Shown here one piece after another: positions 48,260 through 59,624 of a DNA stretch of 64,000 bases (position 1 is the first letter of the stretch; each line of letters begins with the position of its first letter). The translations under genes and the position numbers were made by a program. This DNA comes from Mobula birostris (taxonomy: Eukaryota). A model generated the notes under the pieces. The model was not told where the DNA came from. It did no database searches and saw only the letters and a list, made by a program, of their open reading frames with translations. Location: assembly GCF_030028105.1 (NCBI RefSeq), contig NC_092397.1:36733097-36797096 (forward strand), given 5' to 3'.

Positions 48260-51200
48260 GTTTAAAGAGGATGAGGAAAAGCGCAAGGCTGCGAGTGGAA
48301 CGGCTCAGGATTTCCGGAGCAAAGGTATTTTACTACTCGGAGTAAAGAGAGGCAAGACTGCACAGGTGCGTGACATCAGCCAGTACAGCGGGAAAAGGTT
48401 AAAAAGAAGACCGCCATATCCAGCAGGCAGCAGAGTGAGAGGGCTTTGGCTAAACGGGCGTAGGTGGTAATGAGGTGAGGTAGGTTTACCTGCGTTAATT
48501 GCGGAAAGGAACTACGTGTGTGAGGCCGGTGTTCTGTGCTCGGTGTCAGATGTGGAAAGTTCTGGAGTCTCCCAGCCTCCTGGATGGCAATATCCGCACC
48601 CGGTGTGTTGAGCTGTGGTTCCTAAGGGACTGTGTTAGGGAACGGGAGTTGCAGCTCGTTGACCTTTGTCTGGTCAGGGAGAGCGAGGAGGTGATAGAAG
48701 GGAGTTATAGGCAGGTAGTCACACCGGGACCACAGGAGACAGACAACTGGTTAATAGTCAGGAGAGGGAAGGGGAAGAGTCAGGTACCAGCGAGTACCCC
48801 TGTGGCTGTCCCCCTGAACAATAAGTACTCCTGTTTGAGTACTGTTGGGGGGGGAGGGGTGAGATAGCCTACCTGGGGAAAGCAACAGTGGCCGTGCCTC
48901 TGACACAGAGTCTGGCCGTGTGGCTCAGAAGGGTAGGTAAAGGAAGAGAAAGGCAGCAGTGATAGGGGACTCTTCAGTTAGGCAATTCTGTGGACGCAGG
49001 ATAGAAACACGGATGGTAGTTTGCCTCCTCGATGCCAGGGTCCGGGAAGTTTCAGATCACGTCCAAAATATCCTGCAGTGGAATGGAGAACAGCCAGAGC
49101 TCGTGGTACATATTGGTACCACTGACATAGGTAGGAAAAGGGAAGAGGTCCTGAAAACAGTCCACAGGGAGTTAGGAAGGAAGATGAGAAGCAGGAGAGC
49201 AAAGGTAGTAATCTCGGGATTACTGCCTATGCCACGGGACAGTGAGTATAGGAATAGAATGAGCTGGAGGATAAATGCGTGGCTGAGGGATTGAAGCAGG
49301 GGGCAGGGATTGAGATTTCTGGATCATTGAGACCTCTTTTGGGGCAGGTGTGACCTGTACAAAAAGGACGAGTTGCACTTGAATCCCACGGGGACCAATA
49401 TCTTGGCGGGGAGGTTTGCTACTGGGGAGAGTTTAAACTAGAACTGTTGGGGGGTGGGGACTGAACTGAAGAGACTGAGGAAGAGGCAGTTGGCTCACAA
49501 ATAGAGAAAGCTTGGAGACGGTGCGTGAGGGAGGACAGGCAAGTGATAGAGAAGGTACATGCTCAGACCAACGGTTTAAGGTGTGTCTATTTTAACGCAG
49601 GGAGTATTGTGAACAAAGCAGATGAGCTTAGAGCACGTATCACTACTTGGAGCTATGATGTGGTGGCCATTACAGAGACTTGGATGGCTCAGGGACAGGA
49701 ATGGTTACTTCAAGTGCCGGGTTTTAGATGTTTCAGGAAGGACAGAGAGGAAGACAAAACAGGTGGGGCGTGGCACTGTTGATCAGAGATAGTGTCATGC
49801 CTGCAGAAAAGGAGGACGTCGTGGGAGGATTGTCTGCAGAGTCTCTGTGGGTGGAGGTTAGGAACAGGAAGGGGTCAATTACTCTACTGGGTGGTTTGCA
49901 TAGGCCACCCAATAGTAACAGCGATATCGAGGAGCAGATAGGGGAACAGATCCTGGAAGCGTGTAATAATAAGAGTTGTTGCGGTGGGAGATTTTAATTT
50001 CCCAAATATCGATTGGCATCTCCCCCGAGCAAGGGGTTTAGATAGGGTGGAGTTTGTTAGGTGTGTTCAGGAAGGTTTCTTGACACAATGTGTAGATAAG
50101 CCTACAAGAGGAGAGACTGTACTTGATTTGGTATTGGGAAATGAACCTGGTCAGGTGCCAGTTCTCTCAGCAGGACAGCATTTTAGAGATAGTGATCATA
50201 ATTCTATTTCCTTTACAATAGCATTGGGAGAGATAGGAACAGACAAGTTAGAAAAGTGTTTAATTGGAGTAAGGGGAATTATGAGGCTGTCAGGCAGAAA
50301 CTTGGAAGCTTAAATTGGGAACAGATGTTCTCAGGGAAAGGTACGGAAGAAATGTGGCAAATGTTCAGGGGATATTCGTGTGAAGTTCTGCATCTGTACG
50401 TTCCAATGAGACAGGGAAGTTATGGTAGGGTACAGGAACTGTGGTGTACAAAGGCTGTAGTAAATCTAGTCAAGAAGAAAAGAAAAGCTTACAAAAGGTT
50501 AAGAGAGCTAGGTACTGTTAGAGATCTAGAAGATTGTCAGGCTAACAGGAAGGAGCTTAAGAAGGAAATTAGGAGAGCCAGAAGGGGCCATGAGAAGGCC
50601 TTGGTGGGCAGGATTAAGGAAAACTCCAAGGCATTCTACAAGTATGTGAAGAGCAAGAGGATAAGACGTGAAAGAATAGGACCTATCAAGTGTGACAGTG
50701 GGAAAGTGTGTATGGAACCGGAGGAAATAGCAGAGGTATTTAATGAATACATCACTTCAATATTCACTACAGAAAAGGATCTTGATGATTTTAGTGATGA
50801 CTTGCAGTGGACTGAAAAGCTTGAGCATGTAGATATTAAGAAAGAGGATGTGCTGGAGCTTTTGGAAAGCATCAGGTTGGATAAGAGGCCGGGACCAGAG
50901 GATATGTACCCCAAGATACTGTGGGAGGCGAGGGAGGAGATTGCTGAGCCTCTGGCAATGATCTTTGCATCATCAATGGGGACAAGAGAGGTTCCGGAGG
51001 ACTGAGGATGTTGTTCCCTCATTCAAGAAAGGGAGTGAGATAGTCCAGGAAATTATTGACCAGGGAGTCTTACTTCAGTGGTTGGTAAGCTGATGAAGAA
51101 GATCGTGAGAAGCAGGATTTATGAACATTTGGAGAGGTATAATATGATTAGGAATAGTCAGCATAGCTTTGTCAAGGGCAGGTTGTGCCTTACGAGCCTG

Positions 51201-52445
51201 ATTGAATTTTTTGAGCATGTGACTGAACACATTGATGAAGGGAGAGCAGTAGATGTAGTGCATATGGATTTCAGCAAGGCATTTGATAAGGTACCCCATG
51301 CAAGGCTTATTGAGAAAGTAAGGAGGCATGGGATCAAAGGGGACAATGTTTTGCGGATCCAGAACTGGCTTGCCCACAGAAGGCAAAGAGTGGCTGTAAA
51401 CGGGTCATATTCTGCATGGAGGTCGGTGACCAGTGGTGTGCCTCAAGGATCTGTTCTGGGACCCTTACTTTTTGTGATTTTTATAAATGAACTGGATGAG
51501 GAAGTGGAGGGATGGATTGGTAAGTTTGCTGATGACACAAAGGTTGGGGGTGTTGTGGATAGTGTGGAGGGCTGTCAGAGGTTACAGCGGAACACTGATA
51601 GGATGCAAAACTGGGCTGAGAAGTGGCAGGTGGAGTTCAACCCAGATAAGTGTGAAGTGGTTCATTGTGGTAGGTCAAATATGATGACAGCATATAGTAT
51701 TAATGGTAAGACCAAGGCAGTGTAGAGGACCTGAGGGATCTTGGGGTCAGAGTCCATAGGACGTTCAAAGCAGCTGCGCAGGTTGACTCTGTGGTAAGGA
51801 AGGCATACCGTTCATTGGCCTTCATCAATCGTGGAATTGAACTGAGGAGCCGAGAGGTAATGTGGCAGCTCGATAGGACCTTGGTCAGACCCACTTGGAG
51901 GACTGTGCTCAGTTCTGGTCGCCTCACTACAGGAAGGATGTGGAAACCACAGAAAGGTGCAGAGGAGAATTACAAGGATGTTACCTGGATTGGGGAGCAT
52001 GCCTTATGAGAATAGGTAGAATGAGCTCGGCCTTTTCTCCTTGGAGCGACAGAGGATGAGAGGTGACCTGGTAGAGGTGTATAAGATGATGAGAGGCATT
52101 GACTGTGTGGATAGTCAGAGGCTTTTTCCCAGGGCTGAAATGGCTGCCACAAGAGGGCACAGGTTTAAGGTGCTTGGGAGTAGGTACAGAGAAGATGTCA
52201 GGTTAAGTTGTTGTTTTTTTTTCTTTATTTTAAACGCAGAGAGTGGTGAGTGTATGGAGTGGGCTGCCAGCAATGGTGGTGGAGGCTGATACGATAGGGT
52301 CTTTTAAGAGACGTTTGGATAGATACACGGAGCTTAGAAAGATAGAGGGTTGTGGGTAACCCTAGTAATTTCAAAGGTAGGTACATGTTTGGCACAACTT
52401 TGTGGGCCGAAGGGCCTGCATTGTGCTGTAGGTTTTCTATGTTTC
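48260..52445 (+). mobile_element. Near full-length degenerate CR1 (5' UTR, ORF1 with SGNH esterase, ORF2 APE-RT, 3' tail)
   Basis: ORF1 CxxC...C, IGDS and VHIGT.D; ORF2 NA.SI.NK, AITETW, GDFN, SDH, KFADD; several frameshifts; ttctatgtttc tail. Confidence 0.9.
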
Positions 52446-53519
52446 CTTTCTCCCCAGAGGGAGGTTACAATCTGGAACACAGTCTGAAGGGGTGGTGCAG
52501 GCTGGTATTTAAGGACCATCTGGATGAGCATTTGAATCACCAAGGCAGGGTAGGAGACAGACCAAGTGCTGAGTTAGTGGAGACAGATTCTCGATGGTCA
52601 GTATGGACATGCAGAAACCACTGACTGTGAAAGTGCAATGCGAACCTGAAACACAGAACTTCAGGATGGTCATACCTAAAACATTCAGTACCCAGTATGA
52701 TGGGATTGTTGTTGTACAAAGGTATTAATGGTCAAATACTGAACCAACCCCTCAAAAGGCTACCAAAATGCTGCCATTCCCTGTGCACAAGTAACAATAG
52801 TTTTCTATGGGAATTTGGTGAAGTACTCTGGGTGATATTAGGAGAGATGTCTGACAGCTTGGTCACAGTGGTAGGGTGCAAATGTCTTCTCAGAGGATAA
52901 GGGGTTCAGTGGAACAAGCTCACAATTAACAATGAAGGTGACAAACCCCACTGCAGTGGAGGACTGCTGTGGTCAGGGTTGTACTGGATAGAAACAGACC
53001 CTCTGGCCCATCATGCACAGCTGTACTAATCCCACTTTCTTGCATTAGTTTCATATCCCTCTGGGCCTTGCTCACTGAAGTACCTGTGCATGTGCCTCTA
53101 ATATTGTTACACAGTTCCCTGTATGTGGCATCACAGGAAGACAGGGTTGTGTGTTCTACTTGCCTTGTCAGCCAAAGAACTGCCTCTCATTACAGCAAGA
53201 CAAAACTGTTTAAAGACGGATTCAAAGGGGATCTGAGGGGTAAATATTTCACACAGGGAATAACTGGTATCGAAATCAGTACCAGAAGAGGTGTGGGGGA
53301 GGGGGGCAGAAACTTCTCAGGAATCTGTGTGCATCCTGCCATGATTTAACCTCGCAAAATAGAGTCACTGGTTTATACAGAAATGAAACAGTCCCTTCGG
53401 TACAACTCATCCCCGCCGACCAAGTTGTCGGCCTGAACTCGGCCAGTCTGCCTGCATTAGGCCCGTATCCCTCTCAACCTTTCCCATCCATGTGACTGTG
53501 CAAATATGTTTTAAATATT

Positions 53520-53870
53520 GTACCTGAGGCAGAGAGCCGGTGCAGTGAGGCGCTGACAGACACTCACTGTTCCGCGGGCAGGAAGAGGAGAGGCCGAAAC
53601 CCCAACAAGTGGAGACCGACTCCACCACCCCGGACTTACCGCCCACCACGGCCCGTTCCCCGGGAAACGACGTCGCTGAAGGTGGGGCTTTGTGACGTCA
53701 GCGCGTCACGGGTCAACAATCACATCGTATCACGTGACAGGGAGCCGCAGCCGGGCAGGCGGGGCAGAGGGAGCTGTCAATCAGCAGAGCGGCTGAAAAA
53801 CTTGCGACCATTGTAAACAGAATGGGGAGAGCGGGAGATTTCCAGGGACGTGACCCACTGCCCCATTCCC
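53520..53870 (-). promoter_or_regulatory. Small CpG island / candidate promoter and first exon
   Basis: CpG-dense; TGACGTCA 53693-53700, TCACGTGA 53730-53737, GC box; minus-strand donor GTAAGT 53639-53634. Confidence 0.6.
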
Positions 53871-54109
53871 TGGAATTGAGTGTGTTATACACAGTAACAT
53901 TCATATTATAATTTAGCTCTTCGATCTTATAAATATGTCATGTTTGTATTTTCTATAATTTTGTGTGGATAATCTTTTTATAATTTTGGATAAAATATGT
54001 TGGAACTGGATCATGATAAAAGAGCATCACGGAAAAATATTGTCAAAGCCAAAATTTTATCCAAAGTAAGTTGTTATCACACTGTGCATATGTCACCATA
54101 TTGTTAAAA

Positions 54110-56325
54110 GTTCAAATTCAAATTTATTCTCAGAGTACATACATGTCACCACAGACAACCCAGAGAGTCTTGTTCTGCAGGCAATCTTAGCAAATCTATA
54201 GAACAGTAACTGTGAACTGTAAATATGAGGAACTGTAAACAAATTGTGTAAATGCAGAGAAATAAATAGCAATAAATAACAAGCATGAAATAACGATATA
54301 ACAGTGGTGACATGAGTGTTTTGTTCAGGACACTGATGGTTGAGGGGTAGTAACTGTTCTTGAACCTGGTGGGGCGAGTCCTGAGGTACCTGTACCTTCT
54401 ACCTGATGGCAGCAGTGAGAAAAGATCGTTGCCTGGGTGGTGAGGATCTTTGTTGATGGACGCTGCTTTATACTGGGCCGAATCCACTACCCTTTGCAGG
54501 ATTTTCCACTCAAAGGCATTGGTGTTCCTATACCAGGCCGTAATGCAGCCAGTCAGCACACCTTCCACCACACATTTATATAAGTTTGCCAAGGTTTTCA
54601 ATGACATGCTGAACATCCACAGAGTCCTGAGGAAGTAGAATGCTGTTGTGCTTTCTTCACAATTATATTTATGCGATGGGTCCAGGACAGATCCTCTGAG
54701 TGAGTGACACACAGGAATTTAAAGTTACTGGCTCTCTCCACCTCTGATCGTCCTTTGATTACTAGCTCATGGACCTTTGGTTTCTCCCTCCTAAAGTGTA
54801 CAATCCGTCCCTTAGTCTTACTGACATTGAGTGAGGGGTTGTTGTTATTACACCACTCAGCAAAGTTTTCAATCTCCCTCCTGTTTACTGATTCATCACC
54901 ACCTTTGATTGTGGTGTAATCAGCAAACTTGTATATGGTGTTGGATCTGTACTCAGCTACACAGTCATAGGTGTAAAGTGAGTAGAGCTGGGGGCTAAGC
55001 ACACTTCCTTGTGCTGCTCCTGTGCTGATATAGATTGTGGAGTATATGTTTTTGCCAATCTGAACTGATTTGGATCTGCACCTCAGGAAATCCAGGATCC
55101 AATTGCACAAGGAGGTATTGAGGCCCAGGACTGGGAGTTTACTGATCAGTTTTGAGGGGATGACAGTGTTAAATGCTGAACTGTAATCAATAAAGGGCAT
55201 CCAGATGTTTGCATCTTTGCTGTCCAGATGTTCCAGAGTTGTGTGAAGAGACAACGAGACAGCATCTGCTGTTGCTTCGGTCGGTGAATTGCAGGGGATC
55301 CAAGTCACCATTCAGACAAGAGCTGAGATGCTTCAACACCAGCCTGTCAAAACACTTCATCACTGTGGATGTAAGTGCCACTGGGCAATAGTCATTTAAA
55401 CAGGTTACCATGCTCCTGTTGGGCACCGTAATAATTGAAGCTTCCTTGAAGTAGGTGGGTACCACACACTGCCAGATCGAGGGGTTGAAGATATCCGTGA
55501 ATACACCAGCCAGCTGGTCAGCACAGGTCTTCAGTACTCGGCCAGGTACTCCATCCAGACTGGATGCTTTCCTTGGATTCACTCTCTTGAAGGCAGCCTG
55601 CAGGTCATCTTCAGATACTGAGACCAAATGACCATCGGGAGACAGGGGGGTGCACGATGGTTCCTCCCTCTTCTGGTGGACAAAGTGAGCATAGAAGGCA
55701 TTGAGCTCGTCTGGAAGCGAAGCTGTGCTGTCCCCTTTTATCACAAGATTTACCTTTGCAGGAGGTTCTGGCATTCAAACCCTGCCACAGCTGTCAAGCA
55801 TCTCTCTTTTATTCCAGTCTAGCCTGGAATCTCCACGTTGCCTGAGAGATGGTTTCTGGAGATCAAACCTGCAGCTCTTGTAGCATTCCTGATCTCCAGA
55901 TTTGAATGCCTCTGACCTGGCACTCAGCAGGTTCCGGATCTCATTGCTCATCCAGGCCTACTGAATTGGGAAAAGCCTGAATGATTTTGTGGGGACACAC
56001 GCCTCCACAGCTGTTTTATTGAAGTCTGTAGTGACCCCGGTGTCGTCCTTCAGGTCCTGAGATGAGTTCATGAACATGGCTCAGCCTGCTGACTCAAGGC
56101 AATCCTGTAACCGTTCCTCTGCCTCCCAACACCACCCCTCGGTTATCTTGATCTCTGAAGCCTTGTTCCTTAGGCTCTGTCTGTGTGCAGGTAGCAGGAG
56201 TACAGCCAAATGATCCCACTGAACAAAATGTGGTCTTGGGAGCAAACGATAGACATTCCTTATCGTAGTGTAGCAGTGATCTCCTGTGTTGGGACATCTG
56301 GTGCAACAGGTTACTACTTTCAGAT
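54110..56325 (-). mobile_element. Rex1/Babar-type LINE, degenerate ORF2
   Basis: CLNDY.PVALTS.VMKCF, IDYSSAFNT, CNWILDFL, G..QGSVLSP and KFAD motifs across frameshifted ORFs. Confidence 0.85.
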
Positions 56326-57545
56326 TCATTTTCTTTCAGGTATTTACAGGGAAATGAAGACAGTGGAATTTAGAAAAACTATAAACAGCAAAGACTGACA
56401 GACAACCAATGTGCAAAAGACAGATCATGCAAATACTAAAACATAAATATTACTGTGCAATTCAGTTGTGGAGTACTTGAAAGTGAGTCTGCAGGTTATG
56501 GAATCAGTTCAGTGAAGATGCCTACACCATTTCAAGAGCATGACTGGTGTAGGGTAACAACTCTTCCTGAACCTGGTGGTGTGGGACCTAAGGCTCCTGT
56601 ACGTCCTTCCCGATGGCAGCAGTGGAAGAGAGCATGAGGTGGCTGAAGGATGTTGTTGATGATGGATGCAGCTTTCTTGTAGAAGTGCTGCTTGTAAATG
56701 TACTGAATGATGGGGAGGGCTTTGCCTGTGATGTACTGGGATGCATCCACCAGTTAGAAACATGGAAAACCTGCAGCACAATACAGGCCCTTCGGCCCAC
56801 GATGCCGTGCCAAACCTCTACCTATTTTAGAAATTACCTGGCATTACCCAGAGCCCTTTGTTTTTCTAAGCTCCATGTACCTATCCAGGAGTCTGTGAAA
56901 ATACTCTATTGTATCTGCCTCCACTACCTTTGCCGGTAGCCTATTCCACGCACTCACCACGCTCTGGTAAAAAAAAATTACACCTGACATCTCCACAAAT
57001 TTCTTGCAGACATTTTCCTTTCCATTCCTGATCATTGTGTTTCCATATCAGGCCATGATGAAACCAGTCAGGTTACTCTCCACTCTGCATCTATATATGT
57101 CAAAGTTTGAGATGTCACGCTGATTACACACAGGCAGAGTCTCTGCCCTGCCTGCTTTATAGTGACACTTACTGCTAGTCCCAGGACAGACCCTCTGAAA
57201 TGATAATGCTCAGAAATTTAATGTTACTGACTCTCTCCACCTCCAGTCCCCTGATGATGACTGATCCGTGGACGTCCGGTTTCCTGCCCCTGTGGTCAGT
57301 GATCTGCTGATATTGAGTGAGAGGTTGTCGTTGTGGCACCATTCAACCGGATCACACATCTCCCTCCTGAGGGCAAATGTGTCACAACCCTTGATTCATC
57401 CAACAGTGGTGTCATCTGCAAACTTAAATATGTCATTGGGGTTGTACTTAGCCACACAATCACAGGTATAAAGTGAGTAGAGTCATGGGCCAAGCACAAC
57501 CTTGTGGTGCACCAGTGCTGTTGGTGATTGTGGAGGAGATGTTGA
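56325..57545 (-). mobile_element. Second Rex1/Babar fragment interrupted by a CR1 3' end (about 56755-56995)
   Basis: LLPSGR.YRSLR...TRF motif; inserted tagaaacat-tailed CR1 UTR. Confidence 0.7.
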
Positions 57546-59144
57546 CTTTGAATGCAAAGTTTTCACCATGAAGGGAAACAGAAATTACAACTGAGGAAGA
57601 AGATTACATTAAAACCAGCAAAATATAAGAATGAAAATTAGTTACTTTTCTCACAGAAATGTGAAAACAGGGGGCCCACTTGTCCACGCTGACATTTGTC
57701 AGTCTGCAAGGAGTATTGTGAGCAATGCTGGGCCCTTCATCCAAGGATTGATGTGTTTGCATTGGGGAGGGTCCAGAGCAGGTTGACGAGAATGACCCCG
57801 GGAATGAAAAGGTTAACACATTAGGAGCATTTCATGGCTCTGGGCCTGTACTTGCTGGACTTCATAAGAATGAGAAGAGAGTGACATTATAACCACTTGA
57901 GTGAACGTGGAGTGGATGTTTCCTGTAGTGGGTTAGTCCAGCACCAGATGGCACACACTCAGAATAGAAGAATGTCTCTTCAGAAAAGAGATAAGAAGAC
58001 ATTTCTTTAGCCAAAGGGTCAGGTACAAGTTCACACCCTCCCTCCCCCACAATATCCCAGCTGTCAGACCTGTGTCCAATCACGTCACCTGTATCTACCC
58101 CTTTGTAGACTCCTCACCGCTCTTCACAACTCAGTTCCCATCAGTGTTTGTGATCAGCAAGTTCAGAAATCACGGTCAGCTCTCATTTTCCCCAACCCCC
58201 TGTGATGGAGCGGCTTATCAAACGTGTCCTGGACATCTCGGTTCAGTGCGTCACTGGGACCCTTTATCCACAGTTGGTGTTACTGCTCCAACCACTCGAA
58301 TGTGTTTGTTAAACATGGAGTCACTTTCACCAGACTCTGCTGACTTTGGCTGATGGTTTTGTAAGTTGGCAAAAAATTCCTGCTTTGTTACAGCTCCAAA
58401 TGTTTCCCTGGTACAAGCGGTGAACACTCAGGTCTGGAGTTTCCTGTTTTCTGCTTTTGCTTCAGACTACAGAATCTGCAGTTTTTATTGTAATTTTTAT
58501 TTCTTCTCTATTTACTTATTTTTTTCTCCAATTTGGAGCAAAGGAGTTACTCAAAGTGCTCTTTCCGACAGACACAGACTGGTTTTGAACCCTGTCGTTG
58601 TTTCCGTCTCCTATCGTGTCTGGATTTTAGTCTCCGATACTCCAGCACCTGGGTCCTGACCATCCTCACCCAGGTCTGCCATCACTGATGAAGTTTATTG
58701 ATATGGTTCATATGGGCCTCAGTCAGGCCATTTGGGAAATTGGATCCAGAATTGGCTTTGCAATAGGAGACAGAGTGATGGCAGAGAGTAGTTTTGTGAT
58801 CAGATGCTGGTGACAAGTGTTGTTCCACATGAATCTGTTCTGTGACCCTTGCTATTTGTGATACAACTGAGTGATTTGGGAGTGGATATAGGAACCGTGA
58901 GCAGTAAGTTCACACTGACTGTGAGACGATGGAGTTATTGCTGGTGTGGATGGTCATCTTTGGCTAAAGTGTGACATCAATGTGTTGATGAAATGAGCTG
59001 AGACCAAAACAAGTAGATCAGTTGGTGTGAGAATTGGGATTTCCCATCAAACAACCCCAAAACTCCCATGGGGGAGATCAGTGTGTCAACACCACAACAG
59101 TGTAATGAAGAGAAAGCGACAACCCTTTCCTCTTCCAGGTTAGT

Positions 59145-59463
59145 GGCTTTTAAAAGAGCCTTTTGTTGTGCTTGCTGCCGAGGCCAGGCTGAAGCTCGCT
59201 TCCGGCGGATGCGGCGAGCCAACTGAATTTCTTTGGGCACAAGGGTGACTCGCTTGGTGTGGATGGTGCAAAGAGCCCGACCAGGTAAGCCTCGTTATTC
59301 TCCTCCAGGCCTTTGATGGTCGAGCTCTGGAAGCATAGATCGGTTTTGAAGTCCTGCCTGATCTTCTGCACCAGATGCTGGAAGGGAAGTTTACAGATGA
59401 GCAGATCGGTGGATTTCTAGTAGCATTGGTTCCCTGTCAGAGTCACGGTGATGGGCCGATAGC
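59145..59463 (-). pseudogene. H3: Histone H3 pseudogene (5'-truncated)
   Basis: YRP..V.L...[14 protein letters not shown]...QDFKTDL; in-frame TAG, 16-nt deletion, lost stop codon, mismatched stem-loop GGCTCTTTTAAAAGCC. Confidence 0.92.
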
Positions 59464-59622
59464 TCCCCAAGAATACCCACACAGACACCCAGGGATATTC
59501 AGTGCTCCTTTACACTTATCAATTATTTACAGAGTCACAGTGATGGGCCAGTAGTGCCCCAACAATACGTACACAGACACCCCAGAATATTCGGTGCTAC
59601 TTTACATTTATCAATTATTTTA
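59438..59622. repeat. 92-bp tandem duplication across the H3 pseudogene breakpoint
   Basis: cagagtcacRgtgatgggcc...ttatcaattattt starts at 59438 and 59530. Confidence 0.85.
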
Positions 59623-59624
59623 CT

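Noticed and set aside
58160-58215. Possible relic of an H1 HDE (tcacggtcagctct, similar to 6512-6525)
   Set aside because: No stem-loop or coding remnant adjacent; match too short
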